Source: Octopus sinensis
Lineage: Eukaryota
Length of the DNA: 64,000 nt
Direction of reading: 5' to 3'
NCBI RefSeq assembly: GCF_006345805.1
Contig: NC_043013.1
Span: 14,570,001-14,634,000 of the forward strand
A model generated the notes under the pieces. The model saw only the letters and a list, made by a program, of their open reading frames with translations, searched no databases and was not told the origin of the DNA. The position numbers and the translations under genes are program-made. This document shows positions 29,001 to 42,955 of this stretch, piece by piece; within the stretch, counting starts at the first letter, position 1; the number at the start of each line of letters is the position of its first letter.

Positions 29001-31523
29001 GAGTTAGTAGTTCAGGACCTTAACCACACAGCTATTGTATCTATAGCAAGGTTTGAACATATGACCATGGAGTCAGTAATCCAGTACCTTAACCATATAG
29101 CTATTGTATCTATAGTAAGGTTTGAACACATGACCATGGATTTAGTAGTTCAGGACCTTAACCACACAGCTATTGTATCTATAGCAAGGTTTGAACATAT
29201 GACCATGGTATCAGTAGTCCAGTGCCTTAACCACATGGCTATTGGTCTAAAAAAATAAAAGTACATACCTGGTGCAACAATGTGCAGTAGCATGCAACAA
29301 TATGCAACACATAGCTAAAACATTTAATTCAAGCCAGTGAAGGAGCTCCTATACAATGGCACAACTTGCTAGAAATAACAGCCAAATCTCCCTCAAATTA
29401 AAGCCTACTGTTTAAAAAAATTCACATTGAATAATGCAGTCACAGCTATGTAAAAATAGATTGCATGCTCACAACTAGAATATCTTTGATCAATAGATCA
29501 ATAGACCAATATATTTCTGAATAGCTTGATGTGGGATGATCACAGCTGGAACACCTTTGATCATAAAACTGCTCAATCAAACGTTGACCTGGGTCTAAAC
29601 ATCATTAAAGAGCAAAATGAATTATGTAGGCCCAAGGTATACTGTCTCTGAATAAAAAGACAGAATGAAGGTGGTTAGAACACAGATCTGCTCTTATGAA
29701 GCTGAGCAAAAGAAAAACAAGATGCCATTTTTTTGGGGGTGGTTGCTTTTTCCAGAAATTTATTCTTTCACTGTTTTGTTTATTTCAATCAATGGTTTGT
29801 TACCATACTGGAGCACTGCTTTGAAAGATTTCATACTTAAAGATTCGAACGAGGTCGTTGCCAGTACTGCCTGACTGGCCCCTAGTGCCAGTGGCATGTA
29901 AAAAGTACTCACTACACTCTCGGAATGGTTGACGTTAGGAAGGGCATCCAGCTGTAGAAACTCTGCCAGATCAAGATTGGAGCCTGGTGCAGCCATCTGG
30001 TTCGCCAGCCCTCAGTCAAAATCGTCTAACCCATGCTAGCATGGAAAGCAGACGTTAAACGATGATGATGATGATGATGATACCTTTTAGGTCTGGTATT
30101 ATTCTGTTAGTTTACTTTGCTGAACTGCTAAGTTACAAGGATGTAAGCTAACTAACACCAGTTGCCAAGCATTGAATACAAGCACACACACACACACGCA
30201 CACACACACACACACACACACATGCATACATATTCATGTAAATTCATGTCCAACATGGTTGAGTGCAGTCAAACATAAGAAGACTTTCCATTGCAGAGAT
30301 AGTTTTTTTGAAAGAAAAATTTGAAAGAAAATTTTAAAGAAAAATTTGAAAGAAAAATTAGAAAGAAAATTTGAACAAAAAATTTGAAAAAAATTTGAAA
30401 AAAAATTTGAAAAAAAAATTTGAAAGAAAAAGAAAATTTGAAAGAAAAATCTCTTTGCCATGTGTGAAAATGCAAGATAGACTGTGAATGAGGCATGCAT
30501 TATTCGGTTGTTTCATTTTATCAGCTGTGAACACCAAATCTGTCATTCACAGCTCAATAACACTAGTCTAGGCTAGGCTTCCACACAGTTTCCAGCAATC
30601 GTATTCATTTACAAGATATTGGTCGGCCCAGGGCTATAGTAAAAGACACTTGCTCCCATGGTGCTGCACAGTAGGACTGAACCTGAAACCATGTGGTTGC
30701 AAAGCAAACTTCTTAATCACACAGCTGGTCCTGGGCTGTCTGAAGTAGTAGTAGTAGTAGTAGTAGTTCTTCATCATCATGATCAATATTTAACAACCAT
30801 TTTCCATGCTAGAATGAGTTGGATGACTTGACAGGAACTGGCAAAGCCAGGGGCTACACCTGGTTCCATAGTCGGTTTTGGCTTGGTTTCTACGGCTATG
30901 CCTTTCCTAAAACCAACAACTTTACAGAGTGTACTGGGTGCTTTTTCACATGGCACCTTGGTTTTGATATTTGAAAAAAATATATTTGAAACAAAAAAAA
31001 AACCTAAAAAAAGTTGAAAAAAAAAGAAGCAATCTTACCTCATATATAAGAAGCTTCCAGTAAGACTTCACTTCAATGATGATGTCATTGCTTCCATAGA
31101 TCTCACGTCTGTTAAATAAAGAAATAAATATAAGAAAAAAGGAATGTAAGGTAACCTACAAGTGCCATAATGTAAAAGTGACAATGTTGTTGGCGTGATA
31201 GAGTTTGAACCATTGAAGCTTCAGTCTGCAGATCAGTCGTTGTCAAAGAAACCGTCAGGTTAAATTTTCAGTAGGTACTACCTCGTTCACTCTTTTACTA
31301 GTTTCAATCATTAGACTGGCCAAGCAGTGACACCAACCTTAATAGTTATTAAACATTGGATACTAATTTATTCAAACTTTATGTCTTGAAGTCACTAAGT
31401 TATGATTTCAACATAGAGGAACACAAAGGTTTACACTGGTAAATATAAACACCCTCAGGGACATATATGCATCAATGCATATATGCATAATACATGGGAC
31501 ATATATGCATCACTCGTGCACAC

Positions 31524-31579
<56 letters not shown>

Positions 31580-34500
31580 GAGAATGGTGGTAAACTTACT
31601 TTTGTGCTTGTACTTCTTTGCTGAGTCCATGGAAATCTTCTAGAAGTGATTTACAATAAATGTTGGTGGAAAGATCTCTGGAGAATGGCAGAAAATAATG
31701 GCAAATATTAAGATAAGCAAAATAAAAAAAATTATATTTTCAAGTATGTATGTATATGTGTGTGTATGTATGTATCAGAGACTGAGAGGGAGAATATGTG
31801 TAATATTCTCTGTGTGTGTGTGTAAGCAGACATATGAAACATTGCACAATCAACAACAGATGACAATATTGTACAACACAAACACATATATGTCTACAGG
31901 TATGTACACAAAGGTCATATCTTACAAAGTGACCCAATCCAGTGGGAAGTTATAACATTCATCACTCTTTCTTCAAACCATGCTGACCTTGCAGCAGAAC
32001 CAAACAGTTATCTGCAAGGTCATGGACAGAAAGTCAGAAATGCCACTGACAACAAGAAAACATAGACAAAAATCACATACGAAGATGGAGCAATCGCTGT
32101 GTATGCATATCAGTATGTATATATGCACACACACATGTACTACATACGTATGTTGTTATTCTGTTGTTAGTGAGTTAATCGTTCATACAGTATAGTCACC
32201 ACCAACGAACCTTTATAATTGTATATCAGCTACAATTCTATGAATTCACTATTGACACACTCCTATAATTTAATAGTATTATAGCTACACTACTATGAAC
32301 TCACTGCTAACAGATCTCTACCATTCTATAGTATAACGACTGTAACACTATCAACTGAAAACTGCTATAGCTATAGCTCAATACTGCTATTGTACAGTAG
32401 TTATAATTCTGTGTAACATGACACTTTTGTGGAAACTTCTGCATTGTTATTTGACTTACTAGAAGTAGCAGTGAAATTTTTCTTAATCATGTAACAATAA
32501 AAAATAAAAATCAACTACATTGTATAATGTAATTCTAAGTATATTATGTCAAACAATCACAGCTCAATCATATTTGGTCATAGATCCAGATCACAGAGCT
32601 GGATCATCTCTGATCATGGATCTGGAATACCTTTGATCATAGATAAGGAATATCTTTGATCATTGATCCGATACAACATGGATCTGGGTTATCTTCAATA
32701 ACAGATCTATAACATCTATGATTACAAACATCACAGACTGGGAACATCTCTGATCATAGATTTAGAACACCTTTGACTATAAACTCGGATCATCTTTGGT
32801 TGTAGAGCAGCTGGATTGAGGCTAAACCCAAGTTCAACAATATCTTCCTCCTCTACATTCAGTCTCCAATGTCACACCCACTTACATCAAATATCAACAA
32901 ACATCTTTAATACTCAGCCTATTTATATGGACAATGAAATAGTACAGACATTAGTTTGCTAAATGTTAAATTCTATCATAAGATCAGCTTCATTTCATAA
33001 ACATTCAATGACAAGGAAACACAGATTGAATTTTCAAAATTTCCACCATTAAAATTGAAATTTATTCAGCATAAACCTCATCATGTCCGTTTCACATACT
33101 GGCATGGGCTAGATGGTACAAGCCAAAGGATTGCACTAAGCAAGCACCAGTGTCTATTTTGGAGTGGTTTCTACAGCTAGATGTCCTTCTTAGTGCCAAG
33201 CACTTTACAGGGTGTACTGAGTGTTTTTTGCATTGCACTGGTATTTTATGTGGCACCAAAAAAAGAAAAAAAACCTAATTTGAAAATATTTTTGAAATTT
33301 GAATTCTAACAATTTTTTTATAAATGAATTTTTTTTAATAAATAAACGGAAAATATTTTTGAAACTTGAATTAAAAAAAATTTTTTTTTTAAATAATTTT
33401 GTTTTCTTCATGACAAAATTTCAAAGAGATTTCAAATTTCAATTATAGATCCTATCATTCCACCAATTCCTAATCATATGGAATCAGATGTTTGATCAAT
33501 ATACAATTTCAAACATGAAAGCTTTTTTTTCGTTTCTTCATTTTTTAAAACTGAACTAAAATTTGATTTACAATATAAAAGATTAAAAAATCCAAGAAAA
33601 AAGGTGGGGACAACAAATTCTATCATAAACTCAAATAAATTCTTCAAATATTTTAGAAAAGACAAGTAATATTTTCTTCAGTGATATCTAGCTTCTTTAT
33701 CACAAAAATGGTTTTGGTGCCAAGTTTGGTAGCCAGCAGTAGAGAAAGCTATTTTGAATAAATGTTGTGGGAGGGGATGTTTGTGTGTGTGTTTTATACA
33801 AGTGAAAGGCAGTGTGAGGGAAGACATATTTTTTTATCATTTATTATTATTATTATTATCATTATTACTACTACTACTACTATTGGCATGTTGGCAGAAT
33901 TGTTAGCACACTGGACAAAATGCTTAATGCGAGCTGGCAGAAGCATTAGCATGCCGGACGAAATGCTTTGCGGCATTTCGTCTGCCGCTACGTTCTGAGT
34001 TCAAATTCCGCCGAGGTCGACTTTCATCCTTTCGGGGTCGATTAAATAAGTACCAGTTTCATACTGGGATCGATATAATCGACTTAATCCATTTGTCTGT
34101 CCTTGTTTGTCCTCTCTGTGTTTAGCTCCTTGTGGGTAGTAAAGAAATAGGTATTTCATCCGCCTTTCAAATTCCACCAGGATCAACTTAGCCTTTTATC
34201 CATTCGGATTTGATAAAAGAAGTACCAGTCGAGCACTAGGGTTAATGTAATCAATTAGCACCTTCCCCAGAAATTTCAGGCTTGTGTGTGGGAGTGTGTG
34301 TGTGTTTAGGCATCATGTGATGCTTGTAAATGAGCATCATTGTCATACAAACGAGATTGCTCGTTTCTGGTGTGCCATGAAAAATATGCCTGAGCAAGGG
34401 TAATATTATCTAGCTTTTGAAACAGGTGAAGGTTGATGAGAGGAAGAGTATCTGGTTGTAGAAAACCTGCCTTAATAAATGCCATGCAATTTATGCAAAC

Positions 34501-37050
34501 ATGAAAATGTGGACATCAAAAATGGTTATGATGACGATGGCAGATGCAACAAATAATTTGATATAAAGGATTTTGTATTAGTATGATATAAAGAAAAGGC
34601 AGGTTGTTTTGTTTTTTTGTTTGTTTATTCCCCCCTGCCACCCGAATTTTTTTGTCTTTGGAAAGATAAATGGAAGATAAAAAGAAAGAAAAAACAAAGA
34701 AAATTAGCTATATGAAAGCATGTATCAACTATAACCATGCCAATGCATACATAAACCTGTACATACATATGCCCATACACAAGTACGCACACATGTAATT
34801 TATATATTTTATACAATAAATTGTAAACAATTTTTACTTACTCCAGTCTTTTAAAAGACTGCAACCTGATGTCCCAAATATATCTGACATATTGGTAATC
34901 AAAATATCTGAGAGACCATTCCTACAAAAGACAAAATTAATCTATGTTAGATACGAAGAATGGTTAGAGATGACGATTTATGCAGATACATGAAGGTCTT
35001 TCAGACTCCCCACCCCTCGTTAGCTGTAATTAAAGAAAGAGGAATAAAGAGACATTGTATTGTTAGGAATGAGAAACAAGCAAATCCAAACACCAAGTCT
35101 TCAGTTTCACAAACATTGCAAATAAAAATGACGATGATGATGATGATGATTTTTAACATAGGCATAAAGTCATACATTTTATGGGGAGGGTCATAGTGGA
35201 TTAGACTAACTTTGTTACTAAGTTTTAATTATTAGATTGTTCCAAAAATAATGGTCGCTCTAAGGTGTTGTGTTTTGAAACACAATTTTATCATAGTATT
35301 TTAATTATATTTTGGCATTTTTTTTTTTTATTTAAAGGGAAAAATTTGACTAGTCAGTCAGTCACTGGCTAAAGAAGAAGACATGCACCCAACACCAGAG
35401 AGCTGAAGACACCTCCAAAAAGGGGTGGGGCGCCACGTCAAAACAGTAGAGGAGTAGGGACCGAAACCAGACATGGCTCCTCCTGATGATGTCTTGAGCT
35501 AACTGGATCCTATAAAGGAGCTGTTGTGGTAGCAGACCACAAAACACGGTTGTAATGTCTAAATATTTGTTGTTTTTATAAATAACATCGAGAAATATCA
35601 GAGGCGAAACTAATTAGCAGTCGGTTTATAGCAACAGATATTACTAGTGGAAGGAACAAACTATTTCAGATAATTAATTAATCCATTGAAGGCACACATA
35701 GAAAATGTGTTTTTTAGAGACAAAACAAAACACCGCTACTGAATTAGAAGAGAACCTATACAAATAGGGATTCCCCTGAGAACCTATACGAATAGGGATT
35801 CCTCCGTTTCTTAATTTATTCAGACTGCGGAGGATATCATTCTGCAATAAAACACTTTAAAAAAAATGTCAGTAGGGAATATCATCATCATCATCATATG
35901 TCTGTTTTCCAGATAAATATAAACATTTAGTTAGAAAACATTTTCAAATTTTCCATTACAAAGTTTAGTCGCCAAATGTCTGAAATCCAATAATCTTTAT
36001 AAAAACAATAATCATATCTAAATAATGGTAATTAAGTAGATGTGTCACTAACATATTCAGTGTCACAGTACAAAATCCCACTTGAATAATGCCAAGCACT
36101 CAAAAAAACTTAATTGCGAAAGAGAGGGGGAGAGAGAGAGGGGAGAGAGACAGACTGTAAGCATGTGTGTATGTGTGTGTGTGTTTGTGTGAAAAGAAAA
36201 AGAAACAGAACAATCCCTTTTTCATCGTAATTAACCATATCATAACAGAACATATTATTACATATTTGTTTCCTTTCGAACCCCGTAAAGTATCATTGCA
36301 ATGCATATGAGTGATAGCCATTCGCAAACCCTTCAGTTAAAACATACCAACTACAGACTGTCAACCAACCCTCACACATGAACATTATAATGATTATGTT
36401 TTATTAGAATTGAAACCAGTGTGTAATACTGTATTTGGAATAATCTGATTAACTACAATGTAATAACTGAGAATTTTCTTTTTATCAATTTTTCTATATC
36501 ATTCCAATTTAAGAGGGAATCTAATGGAAATGATTTTAAAAATTATATAAAAAAATATATTTTCTGACACCTCAGACTGCCGAGTGGTAATTCATTATCT
36601 GGTGCGAAGCACACAGTGCATGTCGAGCACCTTTGCAGGTGCTGATACAGCCGATACGCAACCCTTAGTTGAGAACAGTGACAGTCAGGGAGTTTAATTG
36701 GTGCAGTACATCTGACAAACAGTAACGCAGGCACCCCAAAGCGCACTCAGTGTGGACGGAAACCACACGTTAAGCAAAAGGGCAAAAGCTCAAGCTCACT
36801 CAATCAAGATTTTCAGTATGAATATGGGTCATGAAAGCATGGCCCATCGACCCTTTCTGAACAGCAAGGGGCCATGTGTCTGCCAAGGGGTGTCAGAGAA
36901 GATATTTTAATTACATATTTATAAAATCACTTTTATTAAATTTCCTCTTAAACTGAAATGTCAGAGACTTACTTCTGTGTTATTTCCACCGCCATCTTTT
37001 ACATATAAAAATTTGATTTGTATAATCTCTGATCTTTTTTCAACTACATA

Positions 37051-37095
<45 letters not shown>

Positions 37096-39299
37096 TAGCA
37101 GTATCGCCCGGCGTTGCTCGGGTTTGTAAGGGAAATAACTATATAAGCATTTTTAGAGAGTTACTTCCCTTATAAATTCGGGCTTTCTTAGCCATTTTTG
37201 TTTTGGTGTCTTCAAGCCATGAAGTCGTTGTTCTAAAAGAACGCTGGTTTCCTTCACAACGCATTACAACGTTGATTTCTTTACACTCCCTTCCCCACAG
37301 CTTCACGAGGGAGGGAAGGGGGAGAAGCAAACAGGTGAAGCTGTGAGCGTGGACGCCAACTCCGCCGCCATCGACATACGATGCATTTTATGCATTAAAA
37401 TGGAATAAAAAATTATGTTAAATTATTTTTAAAATCGTAGACTCATCGTTGACGCGCGCTAATAGTCAGACGGGCTCGATATGAATCACGACTATAAGAT
37501 ACCCAAATTTGGTTAAACTGCACCGCAAAATGTGGGAGGAGTTAGGAATCTAAATCGAAGGGGACAGACACTCACACAACTAGAGTTTTATATATATAGA
37601 TATATATATATAATAACAAAATAATAAATAAAACATATGCACATATACATACATATATGTACGTACCTACATCTATATGTATATACACATGCATATATGG
37701 GTACAGGACAACAAAAAAACATAGAACACAAGGAGAAACGAAAACATAAAAACAAAAACATGGAAACGGACTTTTTTCAAACAATGAAAAAACAGAGTAC
37801 AAGATATACAACACAAGGAATATTCCCCTTCTTCAGTTGCCCCTGTTTCAACTACTCCGTGTTTCAATACATACATACATACATACATACATACATACAC
37901 ACATACATACACACATACAACATCAGAGCAGTTTTGAAGGTTTGTTAAACCTGGCTTAGCAAACAGTGTATAAGTGAATATTTAACTCTGCTTCATATAT
38001 TAAGTTCTTTGTTCACATTTATTGATTTTATATCATTAAAAGCACCACATAAAGGGAAAGAAAGAGAAAAAGAAATATGGAAAAAAGAAACAAACAGATA
38101 AATATAAACAATTAGTTAGAAAACATTTTCAAATTTTCCATTAAAAAGTTTAGTCTCCATATGTCTGAAATCCAATAATTTTTATAAAAATAATAATCAT
38201 ATCTAAATAATGGTAATTAAGTATTCCCATCACCAACATATTCAGTATCACAATACATAATCCCACTTCAATGCCAAGCACTCAAAAAAACTTAATTAGT
38301 GAAAGAGAGAGGGGGAGAGAGAGATTGTGTGCATGCATGTCTGTGTGTGTGTGCATGTATGTGTGTGTATGTGTGTGTGTATGTGCGTGTATGTGTGTGT
38401 GTGAAAAGAAAAAGAAACAGAACAATCCCTTTTTCACTGTAATTAACCAAATCATAACTGAATATATTATTACATATTTGTTTCACTTTGAACAGTAGAT
38501 TATCATCGTAATGCGTATGAGTGATGGCCGTTTGCAAACTCTTTGTTTAAAACATACCAACTACAGACTGTCAACCAGCCCTCACACATGAACATTATAA
38601 TGATTATCTTTTATTAGAAATGAAACCAGTGTGTAATACTGTATTTGGAATAATCTGATTAGTTACAATGTAACAACTGCGAATTTTCTTTTTATTAATT
38701 TTTCTATATTATGTGGCATGTGTGTGTGTGTGTGTACACACTTGCAGATTTTTGGTTTCCAAACAAAATATCTCTCAATATATGTTGTACAATAACATTT
38801 ATTTCCAAGAAGGTGGTGACTCTCAATTGCTATTTAAGAGTTTCTCTCTCAAAGTGATTTAAGACGTAAAATGATATGCCTATTGCTCCTAAACAAGCTC
38901 GTATTATCAATGGAGTGAATTGTCAGCTTCATACAAATAGAGTTTTTAATTTTTCTTTAATAACCTAACTGGGTGGGGAGCAGTGTGAATGAACTTTTAT
39001 AGAACCTTCATGACTGATGGGAGAGAAAAAGAGGAGGGTATCCTCAAAGCAATGACTTGGCCTGATGCTTGTAACAGTGTGAACTCCACTACAAGCCCCC
39101 AAAATTAAAAGTTATGATACATATGTGCATCATCACAATGCGGTTCCTTTTGAATGATTCCACCCCACTAGTTGGGAGGGCAGGCCAATACTTCCTCTGA
39201 ATGGCACACTAATCTTTCGCAGGGTTACCCATTTATGGCTGAGTGAACTGGAGCAATGTGAAATGAAAATGTTTTGCTCAAGAACATAATGCACAACTG

Positions 39300-39356
<57 letters not shown>

Positions 39357-39699
39357 TACACACACACACACAACATCAGAGTGGTTTTGAAGGTTCGTTA
39401 AACCTGGTTTACCAAACAGTGCATAACTGAATATTTAACTCTGCTTCATACCTTGAGCTCTTTGTTCATATGTTTATTAATTACATATCATAAAAAAAAG
39501 CACCATATATATATAATGTGTATACGTACGTACGTACATACATACATACATACATACATTCATTCATACATACATACATAATTACATATACGCCAGAGTG
39601 GTTTTAAAGGTTCATTATACCTGGCTTACCAAACAGCGCATAATTGAATATTTAACTCTGCTTCATTTATTGAGTTCTTTGTTCATTTTTATTGATTTT

Positions 39700-39733
<34 letters not shown>

Positions 39734-41396
39734 GGATGGATGGGCAGAATGGCATAAATGAGAAGAGTTGCAGTATAATAGCAGTGTGACAGTGAAGCAG
39801 TGAGGTGAGAAAACCCACAAAGATATAAGAGAAGCATTGTCTGTCTGTGTGCACTGGTGTGTGAACCCAAGTATTAGACCAAGTTAAAGGAAGCCAAGAA
39901 GGAAGAAAAGAATGGGAGAAGTCTGAAGTCTTGAGTAACTTCCATCGCAAACAGCAAGCGGAATAGAGTATCTACATGCTCATAGGCCTACAAGAGTTAT
40001 CAGCTAAATCGCCCTACTATGTTACATTGCATAATGTAGTCCAAGGTAGACTGTGAACAAATTATATGCAAACATAAAGAAAACATAGACACACACACAT
40101 ACATATATACACACACATGTATATATAATGGTAGTCTCTTGTAATCTGAGGAAGATGGGTTTTCTAATTTCTTGCTGAAAACCTGCACAAATGATTTGTT
40201 TATAGTGATCAAATGTTTGTGCAGTACGTTAGCTCATGCCTTCAATCAAATCAATATTACCTGAGCAGGTACACAGTGTACCTCACATCAGGTGTTGAAG
40301 TTATTACAGAGCAATGTGAAGTGAAGAGTTTTGCTGAAGAACACAATACACTATCCAGTACGGGTATTGAAAGCACGATCTCACAAATGCGGATGGAACA
40401 TCGTAACCACTAGGCCATGCACCATCACACACACATATATATACACACACATACATGTAACTACAGTATGGCCAATTGGTTAAGAAGTTTACCTTGCAAC
40501 CACAAGATCCCAGATTTGATCCCATACAGGGTATCTTGAGCAAATTTCATGAAGACATGTTGGCACTTGACCAACATCAACCAAATAATCTTGATCTCTT
40601 TACACCCTCTAACGTGCAATGTAAATGGCACATGTTAGGCCATATACATAGAATCTGGTGTAACCTTTTGGCTCATCTGTTCTTGTTGAACCATCTAACC
40701 CATGCCAGCTTAGAAAAGAGGATGTTAAATGATGATGATGATAACAAAAACAACGATGATGATCAGTTTCTATGTTTCACTCACAAAATACTGGTTGACT
40801 TCTGGCATTGAGCATAGCTGTGAAGCAAACATCTAAACCATACATCCACTGCTCTTGTATACTTGTATAAACAAATATTACAATAGAAATGATTTTAAAT
40901 GGCTTACAAGACACATCTCCATACATTAATGCTTGCATGTTTAGTTACGACTGCACATACAAAGCAATTGTTCCCAAGAAATTAATACATTATATATTTA
41001 GATGTGTTTGCACAAACATACATACATGCATGCACATGCCTGCTGTAAGTGTCAGGAAATAGGCAATTGGCTTGTCTGGCACATGCACATGCTTGGTGCT
41101 CCCAGGGGATTAGTTCTTTAAATATTCAGATATGATTGCACATATGCGCATACATGCACATGCTTACTGTGTATCAACAAATAGATTGCAGGCATAGCTG
41201 TGTGGTAAGAAGCTTGCTTCCCAACTACATGGTTTTTGAGTTCAGTCCCACTGCATGGCACCTTAGGCAAGTGGCTTCTATTATAACCTCAGGCTGACCA
41301 AAGTCTTGTGAGCGGATTTCATGGATGGTAACTGAAGGAAGCCTGTCACATGTGTGTGTGTGTGTGTATGTATGTGTGTGTGTGTATTTTGTGTGT

Positions 41397-41439
<43 letters not shown>

Positions 41440-42922
41440 TGTGTGTGATTGTCATGCACCACTGCTTGACAACTGGTGTTGGCTTGTTTACATCTCCACA
41501 ACTTAGCAGCTCAGCAAAAGAAACTGATAGATTAAGTGTGAGACTAAACCCTTCAAGGCATTTTGCCCCAGCATGGCCACAGTCCAATGATTGAAACAAG
41601 TAAAAGATAAAAGATAAATAGACACCTTGAATGTTTAGACGCATGCATGCACATGCCTAGTTGACTACCTCAAGGAATTAGCACAATCCATACAATTCAA
41701 TGTATTATCATTCCTTTTGTTTGAGTTTAAGATAATTAATAACATAAGCTCGTTGTTGTTATCCTTATTATTTAGCCTTGAGCCAAAAATAGAAGCAATG
41801 ATTATGGTCATGATGTCTGGATTTTGTTTCGTGTTTGCACAAAGTGAATCAAAGTCTCATCCAGAGACCTAAAGAGACAGGAAGTTAAAGTTTCAAATGA
41901 GCATTATGACTAGGGTGGTTGATAACATGTTGTTCAGGAAGAGGGATCAGTGTTTTCTGGATTCCCTAGGATTTGAACTTGGTAATCATCAGCACGTTTT
42001 GCTAGTATTCCTAGGGCATCTACAGCCACAAGCAATTTTCTAGTCTTGAGTTGCCACATTTTGTCAATTTCTATTTCAAAATCGTTTGTATTTGCTCAAA
42101 TTTTGTTAAGCCTTGACATATATTTAAATCAATTGCGACAATCAAATCAATGAGGAGGCAAGATTTTTGCCTGAAATTCTTCAATATACTGGTCTATTTA
42201 CATCTATCTTTCTCTCAATTTCAATAGAAAAGTTCCATAGGAGTGATGTACAATATTTTTCAAGGACTGGAGGTAGTTTGTGTTCATAGCAGTTTCTATA
42301 CTGGGGCAGGTCTAGGTCCTTGCAAATTACCAAGTGGTTATACTGTGTAACTTTATCATGCTTCTTGAGATACTCTGAGGGTACAAGAGGGCTACACATG
42401 GAGACATCATCAAAGGTTTCATGCTGTCTTACACACTCCACATGTTGGGCCGCTGCTGTTCTTTAACATGTTGGCCTGATAGTTTTTTGTAGGTAGGCAT
42501 TGGTCCTGGGCTACTGCAATAAACTCTCCTTTCTCTGATTTGAAGCCAGAGGGCACTAACCATTGATAAGTAAGAATTCTGTGAACATCAGCATTGTTAG
42601 CTCTCTCTCTCTGGGTATTTACCATGAAGTGGTTTTCCCAGCCATTTACCAATAAGATTACTTAAGGCTACAGTTTTCGTAAGAGTTTAGCATTTTCTGT
42701 GCTTGTTCTTAGTTCATCTAATTCTAGCAGAATGGTTAGCATGCCAAACAAAATGCTTAGTATCAATTCATGCCTTTATGTTCTGAGTTCAAATTCCACA
42801 AAGGTCAACTTTGCCTTTCATCTATTTGGGGTCGATAAATTAAGTACCAGTTGAGCACAGGGGTCAATTTAATTGACTTAGCCCTACCCTGAAATTTCTG
42901 GCCTTGTGCCAAAATTTGAAAC

Positions 42923-42955
<33 letters not shown>

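Larger units (their letters stand above)
35910..38709. repeat. Local direct duplication of a ~590-bp block (35910-36499 and 38095-38709)
   Basis: Both copies run cagataaatataaaca...ttttctatat and include the same GA/GT microsatellite. Confidence 0.85.

Noticed and set aside
32565-32795. Degenerate ~28-bp gatcatagatctgg repeats, and the ~52160-53510 gctatttctagcagg repeats
   Set aside because: Real but short and decayed, with no boundaries or function I can support
35458-35500. GAAAC...CTGATGA as a permuted hammerhead
   Set aside because: No stem I and the cleavage triplet is misregistered
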